NCBI GenBank assembly: GCA_051439425.1
Contig: JBFRWD010000162.1
Span: forward strand, 1-35,918
Length of the DNA stretch: 35,918 bases
Direction of reading: 5' to 3'
DNA from: Synechococcus sp.
GTDB taxonomy: Bacteria; Cyanobacteriota; Cyanobacteriia; Thermostichales; PCC-7336
The position numbers were made by a program, and so were the translations under genes. Below are positions 9,392 through 18,729 of the stretch, one piece after another. Position 1 is the stretch's first letter; every line of letters begins with the position of its first letter. The notes under the pieces were generated by a model. That model had not been told where the DNA came from, ran no database searches, and saw only the letters and a program-made list of their open reading frames with translations.

Positions 9392-9925
9392 CTAGAAATT
9401 GTCACTCAGAGGAGTGAGATTGTCCTCTCCAGCAAGACCACGTCGATGGCGTTCATGCCGACGGTGCATTTGACGCCTCCAGCTGTTGCGGCGGCGACCT
9501 AAGTTTTCCACCAACATACTGCGTTGCTCGGGCTCTAAAATGTCCCGCATTGCCAGCATGTTTTCAAATTGGTCGGTAGCCAGCTCTTGTCGCAGTGCTT
9601 GTAACTGCTCGAACTGCGAACGCACCTCCTCCTCAGACGCCGTGCCTCCCAGCAATTCCGCCAGAGTCTGTTGTTCCTGACGCAGCTCCTGTCGACGGTC
9701 GTGGTGATTCGCTTGTGCTTGCTCCCGTAATGCCCGAATCTGTTCGAGTTGCTCGTCACTCAAATCCAACTCCCTCAGGGCATCTCGTCGCATCTGCCCC
9801 TGTCGCTCGGAAGGGAACCGAAATGTACTATCTTCCTGAGCACGGGCGGGAAGGAACGGAAGAGTGACGGCAATGGCCAAGGCAGCAACCGATAAAGCAA
9901 GCGTCTGTTTGCGTTGAAGAGTCAT
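9392..9925 (-). CDS. Spy/CpxP-family periplasmic chaperone
   Basis: Signal peptide (ARA-Q), LDLSDEQ and ILEPEQR LTxxQ-like motifs, helical Gln/Arg-rich body. Confidence 0.88.
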   Translation of the reverse strand: MTLQRKQTLALSVAALAIAVTLPFLPARAQEDSTFRFPSERQGQMRRDALRELDLSDEQLEQIRALREQAQANHHDRRQELRQEQQTLAELLGGTASEEEVRSQFEQLQALRQELATDQFENMLAMRDILEPEQRSMLVENLGRRRNSWRRQMHRRHERHRRGLAGEDNLTPLSDNF

Positions 9926-9993
9926 TGGGATTGTCCTTTTGTCAGTGTTTCTGGTGAATGTGCGAGGGGAGTATTCGAAATAGACGGGCGATC

Positions 9994-10380
9994 CTAAAAC
10001 TCGTCAAACCAATCGGGATCGCCATCTTCCAACCAGTCATCCAGTGGATCGGTTTCGATGGTGGTACCAACCGTCCAACTAGAGATGAGATACATTTCCA
10101 ACTCCAACCGCTCGTCAGCGGTCAGCATTGATGGTCGAGGCCACAGCCAATTGGCCAACATGGCTACCGCGATCGCGGCAGGCACCAACCACCACCCTTG
10201 TAACCGTCTTGGCGACGAGTGAGGATGGTTAGCAATCTCCATCAGAATTTGACTGCGCAGTGCCGTATCTGCTGGAGGTGGGGCTGGCGCGTTGGATTGC
10301 AGAAAATCCGTCAGCGATCGCTCGGCCTTGAAATCAGAACTGTCACGGGAGGCAGAACTGTCATGGGGGGGATGAGTCAT
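9994..10380 (-). CDS. Putative single-TM anti-sigma factor
   Basis: Starts MTHPPH at an ATGA overlap with the sigma stop; LTDFLQSNAPAPPPA..L..QI, TM WWLVPAAIAVAMLA, then LEMYLISSW. Confidence 0.75.
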   Translation of the reverse strand: MTHPPHDSSASRDSSDFKAERSLTDFLQSNAPAPPPADTALRSQILMEIANHPHSSPRRLQGWWLVPAAIAVAMLANWLWPRPSMLTADERLELEMYLISSWTVGTTIETDPLDDWLEDGDPDWFDEF

Positions 10381-10985
10381 AATTCCACTCCTCGGCTGAC
10401 GAGATAGCGCTTGATGGATGTGCGGGCGTTGTGCAATCGCGATTTGACGGTGCCCACAGGAATTCCCAGAATCTCTGCCACCTCTTTTTGCGGGAGGTCT
10501 TCCAGGTCGTGCAACACCAACACACTGCGGTGTTCCAGACCGAGCTGCTGCAACCCGTCTTGCGCCAACTGCTGGTGATGAAGCTGGTTCAGCCCCCCCG
10601 AACCCTGCGGCGTTGCACTGGCGAACGTTTGGGTGAGTACCTGTCGCTGCTGCCGCTGCTTTGCCAACAACTTGCGGCGATCGGAGGCAACATTCCACGC
10701 AATGCGATACAGCCAGGTGGAGAATTTAGCCTGACGGCGAAATCCCTTTAACCCCTTCCAAGCCCTGACAAATACCTCTTGAGTTAGATCGTCTAACTGC
10801 TCCTCACCACAGAGTTGAAAGAGGGTCGAACGCACCTGTTGTTGGTAGCGATCGTACAGCTCTCCAAAGCGATGATTGTGGCCCTGCAGGCAAGCGACAA
10901 CCAGGTCGGTATCTGTTACTTCGGTGTCTGCCAAATTGGTGTCTACCGGTTTGGTCTTGGGGGGAGAGGAGGATGCATCGCTCAT
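10377..10985 (-). CDS. ECF sigma-70 factor, SigH-like
   Basis: DDLTQEVFVRAW, FSTWLYRIAWN, region 4 EVAEILGIPVGTVKSRL. The sigma/anti-sigma/Spy order matches the cyanobacterial sigH locus. Start set at ATG 10985, downstream of the ECF promoter. Confidence 0.93.
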   Translation of the reverse strand: MSDASSSPPKTKPVDTNLADTEVTDTDLVVACLQGHNHRFGELYDRYQQQVRSTLFQLCGEEQLDDLTQEVFVRAWKGLKGFRRQAKFSTWLYRIAWNVASDRRKLLAKQRQQRQVLTQTFASATPQGSGGLNQLHHQQLAQDGLQQLGLEHRSVLVLHDLEDLPQKEVAEILGIPVGTVKSRLHNARTSIKRYLVSRGVEL

Positions 10986-11018
10986 GCGATCGGCACCTGC
11001 TTGACGAGATACACCCAT

Positions 11019-11046
11019 TCAGACTGCACCACTTGCAAAAAGGTTC
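11019..11046 (-). promoter_or_regulatory. ECF sigma promoter GAACCT-N16-GTCTGA (likely autoregulatory)
   Basis: Minus strand reads GAACCT TTTTGCAAGTGGTGCA GTCTGA, close to the sigmaE-type GAACTT..TCTGA consensus, 34 nt upstream of the sigma ATG. Confidence 0.7.
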
Positions 11047-11252
11047 AGACTCATTTGAATTATTCTGCTTGGCCACCCCTACATCTCGCGAGGCAGACCG
11101 GCATGCTAGTGCTTGGGACGGGATTTGGGGCCGCTTCTACAACCTGGCAAATCGTGCCGAAAGTTACTGCTTATCTAGGCAAAAAGCTCTAGAAGATAGG
11201 TCAACTACACACTGTCATTTAGATAACAATACTGAGGAGGCTGAGGACATTC

Positions 11253-12563
11253 ATGGCCATATCCGCAAAACCAACATCGCTCGAGTCTAGTACTGGCGAT
11301 CGGGCCGCATCCGAAGATTATCCTCTCAGTGCTGTTCCCTCGACAGCTCGCAAGCCCTTTTGGTCTTTATCCCTGTTATTGATGGGCTTTGCCCTCACCT
11401 CCACCACTCTGTTTGCTGGAGGCAGCATTGGGCCAGCATTCAGCTTTCCACATCTAATCGCTGTCATTCTGATTGGCAATTTTATCCTGGGCATCTATTG
11501 CGCAGCCCTAGGATATATCGCATCCCAAAGTGGCCTGACCACGGTACTGATGGCTCGATTTAGCTTCGGCAACGTGGGTTCCCGCTGGGTGGATTTCATC
11601 ATGGGCTTTACCCAAATTGGCTGGTATGCCTTTACCACGGCAGTCATCGTGCAAGTGCTGATGGAAATACTGGGCATTCCTGCTACGGGTTTCGTCAACA
11701 TTTTGCTGATTTTCTTGTTCAATTACGCTTTCTGTGCAACTGCCTATATTGGTTATCGAGCGATTGATTGGCTCAGTCGGCTGGCTGTGCCCGCCATGCT
11801 GATTCTGGTGGCGGTTAGCTTGGCTCTTGCGGTACGAGATTTTGATGCGAGCACTGTGGCAACTCCGACAGGAGCGATGGGGATTGGCACCGCGTTGACA
11901 ATTACGATTGGGACATTCATCTCTGGAGGAACGCAAGCCACCAATTGGAGCCGCTTTGCTGACTCTGGTAAGAATGCGGTTGTATCTACCTTGAGTGCAT
12001 TTACTCTAGTCAACGGCCTACTCGTCTTTGCCGGTGCATTTTGCACGCTGGTGTATGGCTCTGAAGACTTGATTGCAGCAATGGCAACTCAGGGCATTCT
12101 GGCTGCCGGGGTCGTGCTGCTCATCTTGAATGTCTGGACCACTCAAGACAACACGATTTACGCCTTTTCTGTCGCTGGCGCCAACATGTTCCGCACCCCC
12201 AAACGGCACGCATTTGTATTGGGTGGTGCAACTCTAGCCCTGGTTCTTACCCTGTCAGGAATTTACGATTTGCTGCCGACCTATCTCATTTTTCTCGGCA
12301 CGGTGATTCCTCCTGTCGGCGGCATCATCATGGTTGACTTTTGGCTACGTCATCGCGGGCAGTTTCCGGCGCTATCCTCTCCCCTACCTGCGGTGAACTG
12401 GGCTGGGGCGATCGCCTACCTCATTGCTTCAGTGGTCGCGTACACAACGGGTCAAGCAGAAATTGGGATTGGTCCCGTTAACGGTATTGCGATCGCTGCG
12501 ATCGCCTATAGCATCTTGTATCGTCTGATCCCCCAACCCACTAGCCATGACAATGTGCTGTAA
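11253..12563 (+). CDS. codB: Cytosine permease (NCS1 family)
   Basis: DYPLSAVPSTARK, LMARFSFGNVGS, FTQIGWY, GTFISGGTQATNWSRF, NVWTTQDNTIY; about 12 TMs; GAGG RBS. Confidence 0.88.
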   Translation: MAISAKPTSLESSTGDRAASEDYPLSAVPSTARKPFWSLSLLLMGFALTSTTLFAGGSIGPAFSFPHLIAVILIGNFILGIYCAALGYIASQSGLTTVLMARFSFGNVGSRWVDFIMGFTQIGWYAFTTAVIVQVLMEILGIPATGFVNILLIFLFNYAFCATAYIGYRAIDWLSRLAVPAMLILVAVSLALAVRDFDASTVATPTGAMGIGTALTITIGTFISGGTQATNWSRFADSGKNAVVSTLSAFTLVNGLLVFAGAFCTLVYGSEDLIAAMATQGILAAGVVLLILNVWTTQDNTIYAFSVAGANMFRTPKRHAFVLGGATLALVLTLSGIYDLLPTYLIFLGTVIPPVGGIIMVDFWLRHRGQFPALSSPLPAVNWAGAIAYLIASVVAYTTGQAEIGIGPVNGIAIAAIAYSILYRLIPQPTSHDNVL

Positions 12564-12771
12564 GGGGTTGAAAGGTTAAGTGCTCTAAGCCGAGGTGTAA
12601 AAGGTCTTGCATAGCACCCGCCGGAAGGTCTGGAGTTTGGAGATAGCGGAACCCCTTGATTGACAGGGAAAAACGATCTGGAAACTCCCCATGGCAGATT
12701 GCCAAGTAGTTTGCGCTATAAATAATTCTCCATCGTGGTTACACATGCTGACTGCTAAGCTGCTGCACTAG

Positions 12772-13845
12772 CTAGTGCCTGGCCCGCTCGATAATGGCCT
12801 CTGTCCAGCTCTGAAAATTCGTTCTCATTGCCGTGAGCGAAAAGTGTTGCTCGACCCGTTGCCGGCATGCATGGCGATCGATCGTCTCGATCTGTTCCAC
12901 TGCGTCTGCCAAAGCATCCACCCGATCGCACTCCACCACCCAACCCGTTCTCCCTGACTCGATAATTTCAGCAGGCCCTCCGCGGTTGTAGGCGATCGCC
13001 GGAACGCCGCAAGCCATTGCTTCTACGACCACCATCCCAAATGCTTCTACCCACTTGGGCGTGACCAGCAGTGCTTGCGATTGACCAACTATCTGTTGCA
13101 ACTCATCGGTAGGTAAGAAGCCGCGATAATCCAGCTGGGCCTGTGGATACTGTGTCTGAATGGCGTCCCAATACTCTGGGTCTTGCATTTTGCCCAGCAC
13201 GACAGTGGGTTGTTTCAGTTGCTGGGATAAGGCAGCAGCATCTTCCAAGCCCTTTTCAGGGGCGATACGTCCCACCCATGCCAGATAGTCTGCAGGGGTA
13301 GAAACGAAATTGTAGAGAACGGGATCGATACCGCAGGGCAGAATGTGGAATGGAGATTCCGGTAAATCGGGGAAAGTATTGGCTTGGGCCTGAGAGTGGA
13401 CGGCCACTGTGCCGGGGAATTGCTGGCGGACGCGGGCGATCGCAGAATCTAATCCTGTATTCAGAGACCCCATGCTAACGATATGGGCTATAGGGCGATT
13501 GAAAAAGGGGGTGAGATAAAATGGCAGCCAGTCAAATGCCCAGTTGACGATGATGTCAAACTCCGGAGCTAATTGCAGAGCTGTGTCCCACATATTGGCC
13601 AGCACGGAAGGTAATGGCAGTGTCACGGGGACATCGCGTTCCTCGGATTGGGCAAAGTGAGGAGGATTGCCCGAAACAGTTGTGTGAGGGATGTTGGGTA
13701 GGTGAGAGCCATCAGGTGCAACAATGTGTACCTCCTGACCGCTTTGCAGCAGTTGAGATGCTAGATTCGTAAGGTTCAGTTCTACCCCTCCACCAATACC
13801 GGAACCCAGCGGGCCCACTGGAGTTGAAACAAAAAGATAGCGCAT
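12772..13845 (-). CDS. Glycosyltransferase family 4 (GT-B)
   Basis: STPVGPLGSGIGGGVE, GRIAPEKG, EAFGMVVVEAMACGVP; start at ATG 13845. Confidence 0.93.
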   Translation of the reverse strand: MRYLFVSTPVGPLGSGIGGGVELNLTNLASQLLQSGQEVHIVAPDGSHLPNIPHTTVSGNPPHFAQSEERDVPVTLPLPSVLANMWDTALQLAPEFDIIVNWAFDWLPFYLTPFFNRPIAHIVSMGSLNTGLDSAIARVRQQFPGTVAVHSQAQANTFPDLPESPFHILPCGIDPVLYNFVSTPADYLAWVGRIAPEKGLEDAAALSQQLKQPTVVLGKMQDPEYWDAIQTQYPQAQLDYRGFLPTDELQQIVGQSQALLVTPKWVEAFGMVVVEAMACGVPAIAYNRGGPAEIIESGRTGWVVECDRVDALADAVEQIETIDRHACRQRVEQHFSLTAMRTNFQSWTEAIIERARH

Positions 13846-14072
13846 GTGTCGTGCGAGATATGGGGTCACAGTTTAAGTTTTGGCTTACGCATCAGGTTTT
13901 GCCTCGAACACGTATTGTTGAGATAGGTCGCGATTGACACCGATCTCGGTTGATACACATCGCAGTTGAGATAAATTGCATAAAGTTCCTGCTTTAGAGG
14001 TAGGCATCATTGTAGGTATGCAAACAGCGTTAGTTTTGATTGAAATGAATTCTATTGTGCGGTGACTGGCTA

Positions 14073-14333
14073 ATGCCTTCCGATAAAGAGCAATTTATCT
14101 CTCCATATCACAGCTACAAAGGTGAGGCGAAGCCACATCACATTGTGTTTGATGCCAATTTGCAAACCTTCTCTCAAAAGGTGATGTATATTTGTGCGTT
14201 GGAAAACGGCGGCAAGATATCTCCTCAAGATGCCTACGACGAGATCAAATATTTGTGGAAACAATTGAAGAAATCAAAAAAGCAGCTGCTAGATAATCCT
14301 GAGCTCAACCCCAATATCGACAGGGACAAGTAA
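14073..14333 (+). CDS. Conserved small cyanobacterial protein (DUF7219-like)
   Basis: FDANLQTFSQKV.YICALENGGKIS..AY.EIK.LWKQLKKSK motif; start at ATG 14073. Confidence 0.8.
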   Translation: MPSDKEQFISPYHSYKGEAKPHHIVFDANLQTFSQKVMYICALENGGKISPQDAYDEIKYLWKQLKKSKKQLLDNPELNPNIDRDK

Positions 14334-14350
14334 CGAATTTCAGAGTTCAA

Positions 14351-14367
14351 GGGGGTCTGCGACCCCC
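14351..14367. terminator. GC-rich hairpin between convergent genes
   Basis: GGGGGTC-TGC-GACCCCC, perfect 7-bp stem. Confidence 0.5.
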
Positions 14368-14406
14368 GAATGCAATTGACCCAGGTTTCAACTAGCAGAT
14401 CTTCAA

Positions 14407-14811
14407 TTACAGATCTTTGACATCCCGCAGCGAGCTGAGGAATAGCCCGATCCCGCCAACTCCTAAAACTACGATGGTCAACAGCTCGAAAGCGGACATT
14501 GGCTGCAGCCGAAAGCTAATGCTGGAAATCACCCCTAGTGTCAAGGCCAACAAAGAACCGAGGGAGAGCATCCAGCCAAACATATTTTTGCTGTTGTAGA
14601 AAATCATCCCGATGCCAAACAAGAACGGAATCAGCACCATACCACTGGTGACGCTGAGGTTGCCTACACGGTAGAGGCGATAGCCCAACGAAAAGTTATT
14701 CACCACTGTGATGGAGCTGAAAAACAGGTATCCTCCACCAATCATCATGGCCAACCCCATCAGGAATCGCATTATCCCGCCATTGGTACCACCTGCGCCC
14801 CGTCTAACCAT
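14407..14811 (-). CDS. Conserved hypothetical membrane protein
   Basis: GAGGT.GG N-terminus and about 4 TM helices; overlaps the GNAT stop. Confidence 0.8.
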   Translation of the reverse strand: MVRRGAGGTNGGIMRFLMGLAMMIGGGYLFFSSITVVNNFSLGYRLYRVGNLSVTSGMVLIPFLFGIGMIFYNSKNMFGWMLSLGSLLALTLGVISSISFRLQPMSAFELLTIVVLGVGGIGLFLSSLRDVKDL

Positions 14812-15286
14812 GCCGCTGTTCCTCTCGCAATCGATTTGGCTCGTAAACCATTAACAGATGGTCAATATCTGCTTCCACAAACACGTCTCCTTGTGTTGTA
14901 AAGCCCTGTTTGCGATAAAACTCTGTGGCCTGCACTTGGGCATGGAGTTTCATGCTCTCGAAGCCCCGATCGCGGGCGGTGCTCATCATGAAGGCTAAAA
15001 GCTGGTGCCCGTATCCTCGACCGCGGCACTGTTGCCGAATGGCCAGGCGTTCTAATTTGGCGTAGGGGTAAATGCAGCGAATCCGACCGGCTGCGATTGG
15101 TTCTCCCTGCTGTTCTCCCAGAATATGGATGGCTGCATAGTCTTGACCGTCGACTTCGATCGCATACGGACAATGTTGCTCGTGGATAAATACGATCGAC
15201 CGTACTGACATCACTTTCAGTAGGTCATCGAAGGTACTGGCAACTCGAAAGGTTAGGCCAGGTGGTTCTGTCTCCATCTCAGTCAC
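14804..15286 (-). CDS. GNAT N-acetyltransferase (ElaA/YjcF-like)
   Basis: VR..VFI.EQ, RGRGYG acetyl-CoA motif, LHAQ..A..FY...GF...G..F.EADI.H..M. Confidence 0.92.
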   Translation of the reverse strand: MTEMETEPPGLTFRVASTFDDLLKVMSVRSIVFIHEQHCPYAIEVDGQDYAAIHILGEQQGEPIAAGRIRCIYPYAKLERLAIRQQCRGRGYGHQLLAFMMSTARDRGFESMKLHAQVQATEFYRKQGFTTQGDVFVEADIDHLLMVYEPNRLREEQRHG

Positions 15287-15359
15287 ACATGCAAAACAGG
15301 CAACCCCATCAAATCAAACATCGTGCCGGGTGGCCGCACATGCAAGCGGAGACACTGCA

Positions 15360-16985
15360 CTAGATATCTGGGGAAAGTGTGATGAGATCGAGCGAAACGC
15401 GATCCACAGTTTCCCCCCCTCTTCGCAAGGAAAAGCTACCGAGAGGTTTGACCGCCTCAAGAGTACCTGCAGAGAGTCTGTCCAAGTCGCCAAATCTCTC
15501 AGTTGCTACGTATAGACCCGAACGTCCTCCCCAGAGACTGGGCTCGTCCCAGTAGGCAAATCCACGCGGATCGGGGCCAATGCAGATCACGGGGGCATCC
15601 GACAGAGGGGCGATGGCCATCGCCACATACCCACTTAAAAACCAGTCACCCGTTGCCACAAATTCAGCATCGTTCAGGGCCGCCTGCAAATCAGGTGAAT
15701 CTGCAATACCGCTCCGAATTTGCCGGATATCAAGCAATTCTGTGGAGGCGTCGTTCTCTACCGGTATTAATGGCAAGAAGGCTGTTGTGCTGGGAGATTG
15801 CAGCAGTCCTGCATGAATATGCATGCTTGCAACTAGCATCAGCAGGCTGCTGGTTAATCCGCTACTCCACAACCAAAACCACACGGCTCGGGGATAGCGT
15901 CGCCACCATTCCGCCGTCAACGAGCCCAGCAACAGCGTGACGCCCCAAAATCCGGGCATAGGCCAAGTGGGGAGGATTGAACGATAGCCGCCCATCCACG
16001 TAAACACGACAATGATGGGCAGCGAAACGCAAAGTAAAAACCGATATCGCAGAATGCGATCGCTATTATTTAGATCGTTTTTACCTAGATCGCCGTTCCC
16101 TCGAAAGCTAGGCTGCAGGGTGGCCCAACTGGCGCGGGAGATCGCCCACCACATCGTAAATCCAATAGTCGGGAATAGGTACGCGATACCTAACAGCCAG
16201 GTCACCAGCAAACTATCTAGCCTGTAGGGAGCATCCGAGGCTGCGCGGCCAAACTGAAACGCAAACGAAGCCCAGTCATGTTGGGCATTCCAAACCAGGA
16301 GGGGAGATATAGCGATCGCAAACAACACGAGCCCCAGTGCCACCCACTTTGACCACAGCGCTCGACGATGGCGGTGGCTGAGCAAGCAAAACAATACCAA
16401 GCCAAATCCCAACGCCGCCCCGTGATATTTGCCCAAACAGGCTAAGCCGACCAGTAGGGAGGCGATCGCCAATCGAGCTGTGGGCCGGTAGGCGTGATGG
16501 TTAGGAGATGACTCGCGCGGGAAAAATTCTTGGCTGGCAACATACAGGCACGCCGTCCAGCCCAGCATTAGCGGGCTATCGGGCAAGGTGAGGGTTCCGA
16601 ATCCGAGCTGAAAGATCGGGCTGCAGGTGGCGATCGCTAGGGTGAACCAACCCGCAGGTTTCCCAAAGAGGCGATCGCCCGTTCGATAGAGCAGCCACAG
16701 AGAGAGTGTGAAGAGTAGCAGCGAACCGAAGCGGATGCTAAACGGAGAGACATTGCCTAAGATCCAGGGGCCAACGCCGGTACTCAATGCCACCAGGGCA
16801 GGGTGGTCGAAATAGCTGAGGCTGGGATGCAAGGTGTAGGCATAATAGTATGCTTCGTCAAACCCAGCCGGTAAGTAGAGAGCCACAAGACCTCTCACCA
16901 GCAAACCGACCAACAGCGCAAGAATTGCCCATCGATGCTCGGCCCACACCCGATCTAGCATCGAATGTTGTGGATTAGCTGCCAC
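15360..16985 (-). CDS. ArnT/PMT-like glycosyltransferase family 39 (GT-C)
   Basis: DEAYYY...LSYFDHP, LPDSPL, LGKYHG, many TM helices. Confidence 0.9.
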   Translation of the reverse strand: MAANPQHSMLDRVWAEHRWAILALLVGLLVRGLVALYLPAGFDEAYYYAYTLHPSLSYFDHPALVALSTGVGPWILGNVSPFSIRFGSLLLFTLSLWLLYRTGDRLFGKPAGWFTLAIATCSPIFQLGFGTLTLPDSPLMLGWTACLYVASQEFFPRESSPNHHAYRPTARLAIASLLVGLACLGKYHGAALGFGLVLFCLLSHRHRRALWSKWVALGLVLFAIAISPLLVWNAQHDWASFAFQFGRAASDAPYRLDSLLVTWLLGIAYLFPTIGFTMWWAISRASWATLQPSFRGNGDLGKNDLNNSDRILRYRFLLCVSLPIIVVFTWMGGYRSILPTWPMPGFWGVTLLLGSLTAEWWRRYPRAVWFWLWSSGLTSSLLMLVASMHIHAGLLQSPSTTAFLPLIPVENDASTELLDIRQIRSGIADSPDLQAALNDAEFVATGDWFLSGYVAMAIAPLSDAPVICIGPDPRGFAYWDEPSLWGGRSGLYVATERFGDLDRLSAGTLEAVKPLGSFSLRRGGETVDRVSLDLITLSPDI

Positions 16986-18480
16986 CGCTCAAAATGGTCA
17001 ACGCGGCAAACGAACCCGCATTCCAGCAACTGTGCAGCAGCATGGGGGCCAGCAGATTTCGACTGCGACTATAAACAACCCCCAGCACGATGCCCAAAGT
17101 GGTGAGAGGGAGCAGATCGGAGACATTGAGGTGCACGATCGCAAAGAGGACGGCACTGATGGCGATCGCCCCCCACACCGGCATAACTCGGGTCAGGGAT
17201 GGTAGTAGAAATCCCCGAAATAAGGTTTCCTCAAATAGAGGTGCCATCACCGACACCACCAATAAGAAAATCGCCCCCGGTACCCAACCCTGGCTTTCTA
17301 AAATAATCGGCAGAATCGGGTTTCCTCCACCGGATTGAGGCAAGAGCTGTTGAGCGATAATCCCCGATAGCACGACCATTGGCAGAGCCGCAAAATAGCC
17401 TCCTAATCCCCACAGCGGCCACTGTCCTGCAATCCGTATGCGAAAGATTGGCTCTGTTTCTCCTTCATCAGGGATGGCTGCAGATTTGGATGGTTGGAAA
17501 TCGTCGGTTCCCTCCGAGCTGGATAACTCTGACCGCTGCAGGTAAGAGCGAGCGGTGGAAAACACCATGAATAATCCAATGGCGGCTCCAACAGCGTAGG
17601 TCACGGCTAGAGCGATCGCCTGCTGCACGTATCCCAAATCTCGCGGAGATGCCCCCAGCAGCGACACAAAGATACTGGGCACGAACAACCCCACCAGCAG
17701 ATAGGCAATGAACCAAATCGACATCACCACCACAGTGGTTTCGACATCCCACGGCACCGACCAGCGCTCCCCCAATGCAGGCCATTTGCTTAACACTATG
17801 CCAATGCCCCACGCCAGCAGCAGCACGAGGCCGACGACAACCCCCAACAGTGGTCCGCCTGCCAAAACGAGCAGGCGGTTGAGCGCTTGGGCTGCTATGT
17901 CTGCCTGAGCCTCCTCAAGTGCTTGCAGGGCATCCGATCGTTGCTGCTGTTCGTACAAACTCTGAAGGGCAAAGAACTCGAACCATCCGTCCAGCTCGGC
18001 CTGAATCAGTTCCTCTGCATTGGTAGGCACTTGCGATCGTCTGGCGGAAAATACACCATCCAATGCGTTGGCTATAGGCTGCAGGCTCTCTGTTTGCACG
18101 GCCTGCCAATACTCTTGCGCTTGCACATACTTCTCTTCTTTTGCCAACAGCAGACCGGCTCGCAATCTCAGTTCGTCCAGGTTGGTTTGCTGTCCAGGAG
18201 GCACGGCGTCAGAGGGAATGGCCGAGAGGCGGCTTACTGATGCGGAGATCGCTTCCTCGTAGCGCTGCGTTGCCACAGAAATTCCTTCGCTATCGAGCAG
18301 TGGGGCTGCGATGCTGGAATAGTCGGGATTATCCAGAATCGTGACGGCCTCCAGCGCCAAATTGGTTTGGGCCAGATCCAGTTTGGTTTGGGGGGGCGGC
18401 TGTGACCAACTGCCATACAGAAATATGGTCGCTAGCCCGAGAGCAATAATGGCCAGACAGACCGAAATGATTCGTCGCAT
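16975..18480 (-). CDS. CPBP (CAAX/Abi) intramembrane metalloprotease with N-terminal extension
   Basis: APLFEETLFRG, FAIVH, LLHSCWN motifs. Confidence 0.93.
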   Translation of the reverse strand: MRRIISVCLAIIALGLATIFLYGSWSQPPPQTKLDLAQTNLALEAVTILDNPDYSSIAAPLLDSEGISVATQRYEEAISASVSRLSAIPSDAVPPGQQTNLDELRLRAGLLLAKEEKYVQAQEYWQAVQTESLQPIANALDGVFSARRSQVPTNAEELIQAELDGWFEFFALQSLYEQQQRSDALQALEEAQADIAAQALNRLLVLAGGPLLGVVVGLVLLLAWGIGIVLSKWPALGERWSVPWDVETTVVVMSIWFIAYLLVGLFVPSIFVSLLGASPRDLGYVQQAIALAVTYAVGAAIGLFMVFSTARSYLQRSELSSSEGTDDFQPSKSAAIPDEGETEPIFRIRIAGQWPLWGLGGYFAALPMVVLSGIIAQQLLPQSGGGNPILPIILESQGWVPGAIFLLVVSVMAPLFEETLFRGFLLPSLTRVMPVWGAIAISAVLFAIVHLNVSDLLPLTTLGIVLGVVYSRSRNLLAPMLLHSCWNAGSFAALTILSGGS

Positions 18481-18616
18481 ACCGAGTCAAGAACTGCAGG
18501 AGATTATCACAACGATACTGGGAGGCCGGATGCTTTGGAGAGTCGATCTGTGGAGTGACGTACTGAATCCCCCCTGAATTGCTGGGATTACTCTTGATGC
18601 AACCTGAGTTCAATAG

Positions 18617-18653
18617 CCCTCATCCCCAACCCTTTTCCCGCGTTGGGAGAAGG
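18617..18653. repeat. REP-like small dispersed repeat hairpin
   Basis: CCCTCATCCCCAAC-CCTTTTCCC-GCGTT-GGGAGAAGG; resembles the CCCCTTCTCCC..GGGAGAAGGGG intergenic repeats common in cyanobacteria. Confidence 0.55.
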
Positions 18654-18729
18654 AATTGAGGATGAAAAAAGGGGAGTAATGGCGCTGGAATCGCTACCGG
18701 CTTGCTGCTTGAGCAGATCGAATGAGTGA

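Noticed and set aside
10381..10698. N-terminal extension of the 234-aa ORF 9994-10698
   Set aside because: Overlaps the sigma gene in another frame; the anti-sigma most likely starts at the ATGA overlap (10380).
12621..12629. CCGGAAGGT resembling the SRP RNA apical loop
   Set aside because: The flanking TCAGG and AGCAG elements are absent.
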